From the NCBI GenBank assembly GCA_039096225.1, contig JBBPEB010000015.1, forward strand, positions 1,798,001 through 1,862,000: a stretch of DNA of 64,000 nt, given 5' to 3'. Shown here piece by piece: positions 51,783 to 64,000 of the stretch. The position numbers and the translations under genes were made by a program. The stretch's first letter is position 1; each line of letters opens with the position of its first letter. Below the pieces are notes generated by a model that was not told the origin of the DNA, ran no database searches, and saw only the letters and a program-made list of their open reading frames with translations. Source of the stretch: Blastocystis sp. Blastoise. Its lineage: Eukaryota; Protista; Bigyra: Opalinata.

Positions 51783-53531
51783 TAATTAAAATTAATAAAA
51801 AAGAAGAAAACTATTAAAAATATGAAAACTATATCCTTTAAAAATTGGAGAAACACACAGTTTACTCTTTATAAAACGTTCATGAAGTAATACATAACCG
51901 AATCTATGTGTTTTCTAATGTGTTTACGTTTTCCAGATTTGGCTCTGTTCGCTTTTTTGTGTTTTTAACATGATTATAAAAGATTCTATAGTATATAAAT
52001 GTAAATAACTATCACAATTATGAATTAATTAATCCAATAAAAGAAATACTCATGTGTCACATATCTTTTTTAATTATTTCTTATAAGAATCGGAATTCAT
52101 AAACTTGAGATGATATTATTAAATTACACATACTCTATAATCTTATCTTATTTCGTAGTATATATCTGTATTATTCATAACTTATAGACCTGATTTTCAC
52201 TTTTTTGTTTCATTCTAGGCTACAAATATTATGAATATCGTAAATGAAACATAGCAAATATAATCAAACAAATAATTCCAAATCAAATTAATATAAGAAT
52301 GAATTCATGAATTATTCTGTTTATCTACAAGATTTATATGATATTTACATTCTAAATTATTCTAAAAATATGAATTTATCATTTGAAGTAATTTTATTAA
52401 TTTAATATCTAATTGTTATAGAGTAATGAATTCATTACGAATTAAAAGTATGAAAGGCTGACATGACAATTCAAGTTGACATAATATCAAATGTTTTCAG
52501 AGAAATAAAACATTCTTATTTCATCAAAAACTTAGATAATCTGGCAATTCTCATTATTGTTCATTTATTTTTAATTCATATGTCTATTATAATGGTGTAT
52601 GTTTTGTATTCTATATCTATACCCATAAAAACTATATTTCTTTCAAAACATTGATTGTGAATGAGAATAATTGACAAGATCTACCCAATAAAAATGTTCA
52701 TCAATGTTGTTCCTCTATTAAATACCATATTAATACCCCCTTGCTGTTTTAGAATAAGCATATGAATGTTTAAACATTGTTTTTGTTGTCAACAAAATAA
52801 TATTTGTGATTATCATTTATTTTTGCCTTCATTTCCCATTTTAACCTAGAACGAACTCATTGAAAAACTGTCTTTATTGGATTCATAAAAAGGTTTTTTA
52901 CTTTTTTTATGTTTATCTTCACTTGAAGGATATAATTTATATATGATTGACTAATTCATGAATGAATCACTCTGGATGTCGTTATATTATTATTGGATGT
53001 GCTTAGAGTTGTTTGTTTGTTCAAATAAAACAGTTCATTAAGGCTCATTTCAAATTATTTTTCTGATTTCTTCTCTAATTCCTAGTCTTGGTTCATAATT
53101 TTCCCCCTGTACGTTCTTTGAATGATTCTATCTCTGTATAATTGAGAAAAGTCAACGTCTATGTTTTCCTCCTTTCAAATAATACTGTTTTTAATTATCA
53201 AGAATCTTATTTAGGCATTTAAAGACAAAATGATTTATGAAGATTCATTATAATCTAAGAGATGTATATAAATCGAGTAACTGGAGAAATTTGTAAGCAT
53301 TTGTAACCCAAAAAGTCAGTCAAAGGAATTTCCATAGGAATGATGGGTCAACGCATCTTATTTTGAATATCAACGGGGAATTCGGGAGTTTTGGACGATA
53401 TGTATGGATTTCCGTGAAAGTCGGTTGATGTGACAATTCAGAAGAAAAAGAATAATCTATTCTTTATATATTTCCTTTAATCGTGCTTAGTCAAATTAAT
53501 TTTCTATTACTTCGTTACTGATACCGAAGAA

Positions 53532-54954
53532 ATGAGTAAAGAACTAAACAAAGAATACTTGACAAGTCAAGCTAAAGAGTACATTTCTTGGGAGCCAGAT
53601 GAGGCTTGTAGAAATGAAATTTCACAAATAGTTGCTGCTGAGAACTGGGAGGAACTTGATAAAAGATTTGGAAAGAGAATTGCTTTTGGTACAGCTGGTC
53701 TTCGACAAGCTATGGAAGCTGGTTATTCTAGAATGAATCATCTTGTTGTACTTCAAACTGCTCAAGTAAGTCTTATTCATTCATTTTGCTCACAGATTTG
53801 AACGAATTTTTTCTTTTTATTTTACTATTTTTTATAAAATTCTATATTTTAAATTTCATATATATTATATAGGGCCTGTTACGTTATCTTGATGATACTT
53901 ATGGTGAAGAAGGTAAATCTAGAGGTGTAGTCATTGGGTATGTTCAATTATGTCTTTTTCTTTCATAATTATATTTCTCTGTAATTTAATTATATTATTA
54001 TATGTAAATAAATCTCTATATAGTATGTATCAATATTACTTTATCATATTATATTATCTTATTTCCCTCGTTTTATTAGATATGATCATCGTTGTAATGG
54101 AACCCTCAGTTCCCGCTCTTTTGCCTCTATTTCAGCCCTCGTTTTCATGTCTCAGGGATATAAAGTATTCCTTTCAAGAGAAGTCTGTGCTACACCTATG
54201 GTTGTATATATATATATAATTATATATATAATTATATAATTATTATTCTTTTATATATATTTTGTTCCTATTTATATATTTTATTATTTGTAAGCGATTT
54301 ATAAAAGTTTTTTATTTTATACATTTTTCATATATATTATTTTTAGTTATGGATGTTTTTACACTATTATATATATATATATCTTAAAATTCTCCTACTT
54401 ATTGTTATATATCTAGCCTTATATTGTAGATGAAGTAGAAGCTGTTCTCGGTATAATGGTTACTGCTTCTCATAATCCCAAGAAAGATGATGGTTATAAA
54501 GTTATATATTGTTATATTTATACTTTTATTATATATATAGTTATGTTTATACTTTTATTATATATTGTTATATATTGTTATGTTTATATTTTTATTATAT
54601 ATATAGTTATGTTTATACTTTTATTATATATAGTTATATATTGTTATATTTATACTTTTATTATATATATAGTTATGTTTATACTTTTATTATATATTGT
54701 TATATATTGTTATGTTTATATTTTTATTATATAGTTATAAAGTATATTGGGAAAATGGTGCTCAAGTATATATATATATATTGTTTGTTATAACCTATAT
54801 ATATATATAGATTATTCCTCCTCATGATCGTAATATAGCTAATTATATTATGCATAATTTAGAGCCTTGGGAAGAGTATCGATATTTAGATGTTGACCGT
54901 ATCTTTGATAGTCCCTTATGTATCGACAACTTTAGCTATGTATATATATAATAG

Positions 54955-55016
<62 letters not shown>

Positions 55017-56103
55017 AAGATGACAAATAGTTATTTTGAGACTCTTAAGAATGCCATCGATTTCAAAGTAGGCAATCAAGAAGTATATATATATATATAT
55101 TAATAATTATATATATTAATAATTATATATATTAATAATTATATATATTAATAATTATATATATAAAAGATTGTTCCTGTAGTATATACCGCTATGCACG
55201 GCGTTGGCGGTCTTTATGTTCATCGTTTAACTGATCTTTTCAACCTCCCTCCCTTCATCTATGTTCCCTCTCAATGTGACCCTGATCCTGAGTTCCCAAC
55301 GGTCTCTTTCCCTAATCCTGAAGAAAAAGGAGCTTTATCTGTTGCTGAAAATTATGCTGATAGTATTAATGTTGGCATTGTAATTGCTACTGATCCTGAT
55401 GCTGATCGATTCACTTGTGCTGAAAAGAGAGATGGAGCTTGGTATCAGTTTACTGGTGATCAAATAGGAGCTATGTTAGGCTATTTATTACTCTTAGATC
55501 TTAAGCAAAGTGGTTGTAATGATATGAGTAAATATTGTTACATCGCTTCTACTGTGTCCTCCAAATTATTAAAGAGAATCGCTGAAGTTGAAGGTCTTCA
55601 TTTTGAAGAATGTCTTACTGGATTCAAATGGATTGGAAATACAAATATCAAATGTCATCAAGAAGGATTTATTCAATTATTAGGATATGAAGAAGCTATT
55701 GGTTATGCTCTTGGTGAAAATAAGAAAGATAAAGATGGTATTTCTATATGTATATATTTATATCAAAAACTTATTCAATTATACTCTGATGGGCTTACTC
55801 TCTTTGATTTACTTCAAGAAATTTATACTAAGTATGGTTATTACTTAACTAATAACAGTTATGTCATTACTCCTTCTTCTGACTATACTGAAGCTGTCTT
55901 TAAAAGACTCCGAAATAACGGACAATACTGGTAGGGTTATATTATTATTTTTATTATGTTTATTATGTTCATTATTATTATTATTATTATTATTATGTTT
56001 ATTATTATTATGTTTATTATTATTATTATTATTATTATGTTTATGTTTATGTTTATGTTTATGTTTATGTTTATGTTTATTATGTTTATTATGTTTATTA
56101 TGT

Positions 56104-56135
<32 letters not shown>

Positions 56136-56566
56136 AATGTGGTCATTTTATTGTGAATTCTATTCGTGATCTTACTTTAGGATATGATAGCAATACTCAA
56201 GATGGAAAGCCCACTCTCTACGTGGATCCCAACGCACATATGATCACGTATATATAATAATTATAATCAAATAATAAACATATAATAATATATAAGTAAC
56301 TCTTAACAATTCTATTTCCCTGTTTATATAGATATACCTTTAAAGAAGGTCCAGTTGTTACTATTCGTACAAGTGGTACAGAACCTAAGATTAAGTATTA
56401 TATGGAGTGTCATGGTACTACTAAAGAAGAAGCTCAAAGTATATATATATCATTACTATTATTATTATTATATATTATCATTTCTCTTTATAATTACCTT
56501 ATGTTTCTCATAGATCTTTTGGATGACTTCTCTTCCGAATTCTTAAAGAACATGCTTACATTATAA
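53532..56566 (+). CDS. PGM2: Phosphoglucomutase-2 / phosphopentomutase family enzyme, multi-exon
   Basis: FGTAGLR, GYDHR, MVTASHNP, YTAMHGVG, FPNPEE, ATDPDADR, LTGFKW, GYEEAIG and RTSGTEPKIKYY. Confidence 0.93.
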
Positions 56567-56935
56567 GACTAAAAAAAAACATTCTTTTTATCTTCTCATT
56601 TTGTTTTGTTTTATATATTTTCATGTCAATTTCTATCTTATTTGTGTTTGTTCTTCTTCTTTTATAATTCTATTCAATATTTTTAATTGTTCTATATCTA
56701 ATACTTTTTCTTATATAAAATGAATATATTTATATGTTAATAAACTATATTATCTGTTAACCATTTTTGATAACTTCTTTTCAATTCACGTGTATCTTTT
56801 TTGTAATAGATTCTGTACATATTCTTTTTTCTTATTTATCATTTTGTTTTTATTTTTTTTTATATCAATATTCATACATCTGTAACTGAAGGATATATAT
56901 ATATATATAAACAAAACAAAAAAAAAACATACACA

Positions 56936-57514
56936 CTATAAACCTGTAAATTCAAAATCACCATTTTCATTTCTTATACCTGCACCAATTGTTATTAACA
57001 TTTCATCAATGATATCTGAGAATTCCATATTCTTTCGAAGTCGCTCCAAATCCTTCACACGATCTGGTGACTCATCTATCGATTTTAGTAATTTCATAAT
57101 ATACACAGAATCAATGTGTTTCCTAAACTCTATAATAAAATAAAACTTATATTATATAAATTCTATGAATTATTTTCATAAGTATATATATTAAATGTAA
57201 AAATAATTGACTATTGAATAAAATAACTAACAAAATACCAGGTGAATCAAGTCTTTTCAAATTCTCTTCAGGAATATACTCCATAATATCATCATCTTCA
57301 TCATCAACTTCTTCTTTATGATCAGACTCAACAATATCTGGTTTATTTTGTTCTTTATTGCATGTTTCTTTGTGTATTTTTGAACAATTCACAGAACAGA
57401 AAAATGATTTACAAATTGGACATTTGTAACTAGTTCAAATGAATGAAATACTGATGTACAACATGAATACTTTGAATTTTCCTTTTTACACACAACACAC
57501 ACCTTTTCTGACAT
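56936..57514 (-). CDS. ZNHIT3: HIT-type zinc-finger protein (ZNHIT3/Hit1-like, box C/D snoRNP assembly), 3 exons
   Basis: CVVC-x5-YKCPICKSFFCSVNCSKIHKETC plus a C-terminal helical domain (LLKSIDESPD). Confidence 0.75.
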
Positions 57515-58281
57515 TTTTTCAAAAAACAAATAAAAAATTCAATGTTTTTATTCGATTGTTTGAGATAAATCCTATTTTATCTTTTTAAAATACGTAAAAA
57601 AATATTGAATAGGTCCGGTATGTGCAGTAATTTCTATAGATGTGATTACTCTTAAAAAATCTTCAATTATATTTTTGCCAAACAATAATGTATGTATGAA
57701 ACAAGTTTTTCTTTCATAAATCTATTTAATTATGACATAATATACTTACTTGTATACAACAAAATCACTATTATGCAATTGCTAACTATTTTAATAAAAC
57801 TTTAGTCTCTTTTTTGCAAATATTTCTCTCATATAGATTAAAAACATGTATTGATGATACAAACAATATTTTATTATTTTAATTTTAAAGAAAATGCAAC
57901 TTCATTTCTATATTGCTGAATGTATCTTTTTCTATGATTATATCACTCAAAATAATATGTTTTTATTTGTAACAATTGAAATATAAAACAACTTATGCCC
58001 ATAGGATGTCTTTTTAACTTATGGTTATAATCACCAGTGATAATTGAGAAGTTAACGCATATTCTTCTGGTTCCTCTTCTCCATAGATATGCCTTCCCCG
58101 ATAGAGACGGAAAATAGTGGAAAACAAAGATTATTGACGAGAAATGAAGAGTTTATTATGGGAATTTATCATGAAAATTCACTAACCTACACAATCCTTA
58201 GGTGTTGAGTTTCCTGAAGAGTATATTTATATTTTTTTTATCGATAATACTTTTTGTATTTTTATAAAGATTCAGGTTATA

Positions 58282-60102
58282 ATGGAAGCTACACAAGTTC
58301 AAAAGAAACAAATTAAAAATATTTGTTGTGTTGGTGCTGGTTATGTCGGTGGTCCTACTATGGCTGTCATTGCTAAGGAATGCCCTGAAATCCATGTTAC
58401 CGTTGTTGATGTTGATGCTAAGAGAATTGAAGCTTGGAATAGTGATTCTCTTCCTATTTTTGAACCTGGTCTTCATGAAATTGTTATGGAATGTAGAGGT
58501 AGAAATCTCTTCTTCAGTAACGATGTCGAAACTGAAATCGATAATGCTGATGTTATTTTCCTTGCTGTCAATGTATTTTATTTATATAGAATATACTTTA
58601 AAATATATACTAATATGATTATATCTATTTTATTTATATACTATAGTTTCTAATATATTATTTTTATTTATATACTATAGTTTCTAATATATTATTTTTA
58701 TTTGTATACTATAGTTTCTAATATACTATTTTTATAGACTCCTACTAAGACTTTTGGTATTGGTGCTGGTAGCGCTGCTAATCTCAAGTTCCTTGAATTA
58801 GCTACTAGAACTATTGCTCGTGTTGCTAAATCTGATAAGATTGTTGTATGCATTTTAATTAGTTTTTATTATATTTTAATTATTTTTTATTATATTTTAA
58901 TTAGTTTTTATTATATTTTAATTAACTTTTATTATATTTTAATTAACTTTTATTATATTTTAATTAACTTTTATTATATTTTAATTAGTTTTATTATATT
59001 TTAATTAGTTTTTATTATAAATAATATTAATAAATAAAAATATATATATAATAAAACTATGTGATACTATTATGTTTTTTTATAGGTTGAAAAATCTACA
59101 GTTCCTGTACGTACTGCTGCTACTCTTGAAAGAATTTTCAAGGAGAATAGCAAGGTTCATTTTGATGTTGTAAATAATCCTGAATTCTTAGCTGAAGGTA
59201 CTGCTATTAATGATTTATTACATCCTGCTCGTATTCTTCTTGGTTCTCAAAAGACTCCTTCTGGTCTTGCTGCTGTTGAAGCTTTAGTTGATTTATATGC
59301 TCGTTGGGTACCTCGTGAACGTATTATTACTACTAATGTTTGGTCTTCTGAATTAGCTAAGCTTACTGCTAATTCTTTCTTAGCTCAAAGAATTTCTTCT
59401 ATTAACTCTATTTCTGCTGTTTGTGAAGCTGTTGGTGCTGATGTTTGTGAAGTTTCTCGTGCTGTTGGTGCTGATCCTCGTTTAGGTAATAAATTCTTAA
59501 CTGCTTCTATTGGTTTTGGTGGTTCTTGCTTCCAAAAAGATGTTTTAGATTTAGTTTATTTAGCTCAACATTATGGTTTAGATGAAGTTGCTGATTATTG
59601 GAAACAAGTTATTAATATGAATGATTATCAAAAACGTAGATTTGCTCAACATATTATTCATGATATGTTTGATACTGTTAATGGAAAGAGAATCTGTATG
59701 TTTGGTTTTGCTTATAAGAAGAATACTGGTGATACTCGTGAAACACCTGCTGCTTATATTGCTAAGAACTTATTAGATGAACAAGCTAAAATCATGGTTT
59801 ATGATCCTAAAGTTACTGAAACTTCTATGTTTATGGAACTTGAATATACTTTAGGTGTCAATGAAGAAACTTGCCCTAAATTAAATGATTTAATTACTAT
59901 GGTTAAGGATCCTATTGCTGCCACTCAAGGTGCTCATGCTATTCTTATTATGACTGAATGGGATGAATTCAAGACTTTTGATTATAAGGCTATTTATGAT
60001 AATATGATGAAGCCTGCTTATATTTTCGATGGTCGTAATATTCTTGATCATAAGGCTCTTAGAGAAATTGGCTTTGAAGTTCATAATATTGGTAGAAACT
60101 AA
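58282..60102 (+). CDS. UGDH: UDP-glucose 6-dehydrogenase, 3 exons
   Basis: [39 protein letters not shown] and [13 protein letters not shown]. Confidence 0.97.
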
Positions 60103-60392
60103 TGTTTTTAAATACAACAATTATTATTATTTATATTTTATAGGAAAATACGGAAAACATTTGGTATGAATATTTTTTTTCTTTTATTCATCCTTTTTTT
60201 TAAAGTTTCATTGTCAGTTCTATTTTTCTATAACATATTTTGGTTTTGTTTTTTATAAAAAAAATATTAATAACATTATAACTACTAATAAAAAAAGTGA
60301 AGAGTTAAAAGTCGCAAATTTTATTCTTGTATAATAATAATAAAAAATGAAAACACAACACACAAAATAACTTAGGGCTCATTGATAAACAT

Positions 60393-60992
60393 TTAAGCTT
60401 CTTGTTCCTTAGCACGTCGGAGACGTTGAATGGCAGAACGGACAGTTAAGGCAGAGGGAGTACTATAATTGATAAAAATAATTATGTGAATCATAAAGTA
60501 ATATAAATTATAATTCGAATAATGATTTAAATGGATATAATAGTAAAAAAAAAAATGTTTTTATAAAGAGGAGAAGATATAGATCACATAAAGTAATATA
60601 TATATAATAAACACATAAGCAACGCTCCAAGCACCACCAGCAACGGTCTTACCGCACTTAGTACAAGACCAAATACCAACACTGGTTCTCTTAACGGCAC
60701 ATTTACCGCAGAAAGCACAAGTGTAGTTAGAGTGTTGAGAGATTTCCATCTTCTTAACAATCTTACGAAGAGAGGAACCATAACGAGTTCCGTACTTACC
60801 ACAAATACCAACCTTCTTAGTACGCTTACCCTATATTTGAATGTATAATGAATGAACTTAATTTGAAATAATAAATTGTTGATAAAAGAAGAATTATAAA
60901 ATTAATTCTTTCAGACTCTTCATTTTTTAGCCCAAAAAGCATGAGTTAATAAAGATAAACTAATATAAAAGTAATAGAACAACATATACCAT
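60393..60992 (-). CDS. RPL37A: 60S ribosomal protein eL43 (L37a), 3 exons
   Basis: M|[23 protein letters not shown]...CAFCGK...WSCTKC...AGGAW...[10 protein letters not shown]. Confidence 0.96.
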
Positions 60993-61282
60993 GTTTATTT
61001 AATGTATATCGATAATTAAATGCCCTAAATAATTAATACTGGCTTAGAAATATGTTGGGAGAAAAAAAATATTTGACCCTATTGTTTTTGTGGTAATTGA
61101 AGTAGCCTATAAAATATACTGATTTCTGGAAAAAGGGCATCCCTAATATTGGACATCCAGTGGGCCTTATTATCATTTCTGACCCTTTTAAAAAAACTAT
61201 GATTTATTCACGGTTATTATTTTTGTTCGTAAGGGCTTTTTTGTACTTTTTCAGTAGTTCTTTTCTTATAAAAATAACCTAA

Positions 61283-63648
61283 ATGAGTGAACCTATTGAA
61301 CAAACTGTTGAACAACCTACTGAACAAGCTTGTGAACAACCTGTTGAACAAGCTGAACTTCCTTTCGACGAAATGGAGATGCCTCGTAATAAATATGAGA
61401 ATCCTTTAGTCGATCGTTATGCTTCTAAGGAAATGTCTTATATTTGGTCTCCTGCTAAGAAATTCTCTACTTGGAGACAACTTTGGATTGCTTTAGCTAC
61501 AGCTGAAAAAGAATTAGGACTCGATATAACTGATGAACAAATTGAAGAAATGAAAGCTCATATTTATGATATAGATTATCAACTTGCTGCTGAAAAGGAA
61601 AAGCTTTTAAGACATGATGTTATGGCTCATATTCATGCTTGGGGAGAAACTTGTAAGAAAGCTATGCCTATTATTCATTTAGGTGCTACTTCTTGTTATG
61701 TTGGTGATAATACTGATTTAATTCAAATGAAAGAAGCTATGAATCTTATTCGTGGTAAACTTATGATTCTTATTGATACTTTAGCTAAGTTTGCTGATCA
61801 ATATAAGGACATGCCTACTCTTGGTTTTACTCATTATCAATGTGCTCAACTTGTTACATATCTTTTTTTTAAATATATATATATATTTTATTTATTTATT
61901 TATTTATTATTATTATTTATTTATTTATTTATATTATATATATTATTATTATTATTTATTTATTTATTATTATTTATGTAAATAATTAATATAAGTTATT
62001 GGATCATTCTTTATTTATATACAACAAAAAAAACTATATTTAAATATTATTATTATTTTTATATAAATAATGATGCTATTATTATATTAAAAGAGAGTAT
62101 ATTTCTTTAATTCTCTATACTGTTGGTAAACGTGCTACTTTATGGTGTCAAGATTTCCTTATTGATTTAGATAATGTAGAATATCAAATTGATCATTTAC
62201 CTTTCCGTGGAGTTAAAGGTACTACGGGTACTCAAGCTTCTTTCTTAGATTTATTTAATGGAGATCATGATAAAGTGAAAGCTTTAGGAAAGAGAGTATG
62301 TGAATTAATGGGATTTGAAAAGGATATTGCTGTTTCAGGTCAAACTTATACTCGAAAAGTTGATTATTATGTAATGAGTGTTTTAAGTGGTATTGCTGCT
62401 TCTTGTTATAAGATGGCAGGAGATATTCGTTTATTAGCTAATCTTAAAGAAATTGAAGAACCTTTTGAAAAGAATCAAGTATTTATAGAATTATTATGTA
62501 GTTTTAATATTATTATAATAATTTTTTTTTTTTGAATTTCTGTTCTTATTGTTCTTTAATAAATATAATAAATATAATAAATATAATAAATATAATAAAT
62601 ATAATAAATATAATAAATATAATAAATATAATAAATATAATAAATATAATAAATATAATAAATATAATAAATATAATAAATATAATAAATATAATAAGTA
62701 TAATAAATATAATAAATATAATAAATATAATAAATATAATAAATATAATAAATATAATAAATATAATAAATATAATAAATATAATAAATATAATAAATAT
62801 AATAAATATAATAAATATAATAAATATAATAAATATACTAACTATGCTAACTCTATAGATTGGTAGTTCTGCTATGGCTTATAAGCGTAATCCTATGAGA
62901 TGTGAACGTATTTGTTCTCTTTCTCGTTATATTATGAACCTTCCTGAAACATGTGCTAACACTCATTCCTGCCAATGGTTTGAACGTACTTTAGATGATA
63001 GTGCTATTCGTAGAATTGTATTACCTGAAGCTTTCTTAGCTACAGATGTCATCTTAACTATTGCTACTAATGTTACTAGTGGACTTGTTGTCTGGCCTAA
63101 GGTATGCATATATAAGATTTATTTCTCTATTCTTAATGATATCATTTAACCATTATTATTTTTTATGTGTAATTAAATCAATTTACCATTCTATTCTGTT
63201 AATCTCTATACTCTTATTAAAAAAATAAATATTAACATTTAATAATCATTTCTATATTTATTATATTTTATAAATAAAATAATCTTTAAAAATTATTATA
63301 AAATATATTTTATAATAAAATAATCTTTAAAATAATCTTTAAAATAATCTTTAAAATATATTATAAAATATATTTTATAATAATTTTTAAATTATTTCTG
63401 TCTTTAGGTTATTGAAACTCATGTTCGTGAACAACTTCCTTTTATGGCTACTGAGAATATATTAATGGAATGTGTAAAGGCTGGTGGTAATAGACAAGAT
63501 TTACATGAAGCTATTCGTGTTCATTCTATGGAAGCTGCTCGTGTTTTCAAAGAAGAAGGAAAACCATTCGATTTACTTGAAGTATATAACATTATATATT
63601 ATTATTTTCATTATTTTTTTATAATTAATTATTTTTTTAAATATTATT

Positions 63649-63711
<63 letters not shown>

Positions 63712-63898
63712 GCGTATTAAGGCTGATCCTTTATTTGCTCCTGTTCATGATAGATTAGACAGTATTGTCAATCCTCATGCTTTTATTGGTCGTGCTCCTG
63801 AACAAGTCACTGAATTTATTCAAGAATGTGTCGATCCTGCTCGTGAAAGAAATGCTACTTATCTTAAGAATACTCATTTAGATGCTGTTTCTGTCTAA
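61283..63898 (+). CDS. ADSL: Adenylosuccinate lyase, 5 exons
   Basis: [39 protein letters not shown] and [14 protein letters not shown]; stop at 63896-98. Confidence 0.97.
61858..62120 (+). other. AT-AC (U12-type, minor spliceosome) intron
   Basis: AC|ATATCTTTT donor, branch-site-like TTTCTTTAAT at 62102-62111 and TAC| acceptor. Removal restores AQLVTVGKR. Confidence 0.88.
62559..62835. repeat. (AATAAATAT)n 9-mer tandem repeat in an ADSL intron, ~30 copies
   Basis: Seen directly; source of the spurious NKY/INI ORFs. Confidence 0.95.
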
Positions 63899-64000
63899 GT
63901 TAAAAACTCATCTTTTTTTCAATTTTTTATAACTTATTTCATTTATTTAATAGTCTTTACATGATATTCACAAAAGATCTATATTATGTATTCTTTATTT

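Noticed and set aside
50532-51817. Plus-strand and alternative-frame ORFs over the Pro/Gly/His genes
   Set aside because: These are shadows of GC-rich codon repeats. Only the minus-strand frame has a C-terminus and upstream motifs shared between paralogs.

Overview
Very AT-rich, intron-dense nuclear DNA from a unicellular eukaryote. The gene content suggests a stramenopile such as a Blastocystis relative, but that is inference. The ORF track is fragmented by spliceosomal introns (mostly GTATAT...TATAG), many filled with microsatellites. I reconstructed about 22 protein genes by hand, including SFSWAP-like, CRIPT, ABCB, RAD50, ZW10, BiP, PDI-C, panC, MED6, an N-acylated Rab5-like GTPase, ENY2, CCDC47, RBM39, two Pro/Gly/His CaaX micro-proteins, PGM2, ZNHIT3, UGDH, RPL37A and ADSL. 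The main hidden structures are: (1) a 7,078-bp Pack-CACTA element (17729-24806; 13-bp TIRs CACTATCAGCGAT, TAA target-site duplication) with no recognisable transposase. It carries an intron-containing, pseudogenised SCC2/NIPBL+PHD fragment and two sets of spliced, apparently non-coding exons. (2) A 1,355-bp foldback DNA transposon (31130-32484; ~535-bp arms, 8-bp TSD TATTGACC) next to a perfect heat-shock element between BiP and PDI-C. (3) An AT-AC U12-type intron in ADSL, with the minor-spliceosome factor CRIPT in the same window. (4) Three introns whose conserved-length splicing needs non-GT/AG ends. (5) A full-length RAD50 lacking the zinc-hook CXXC. (6) A recurrent frame-independent DNA motif, ATAAYCGYGGGAAT. 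Exon boundaries were read manually and are not transcript-verified.
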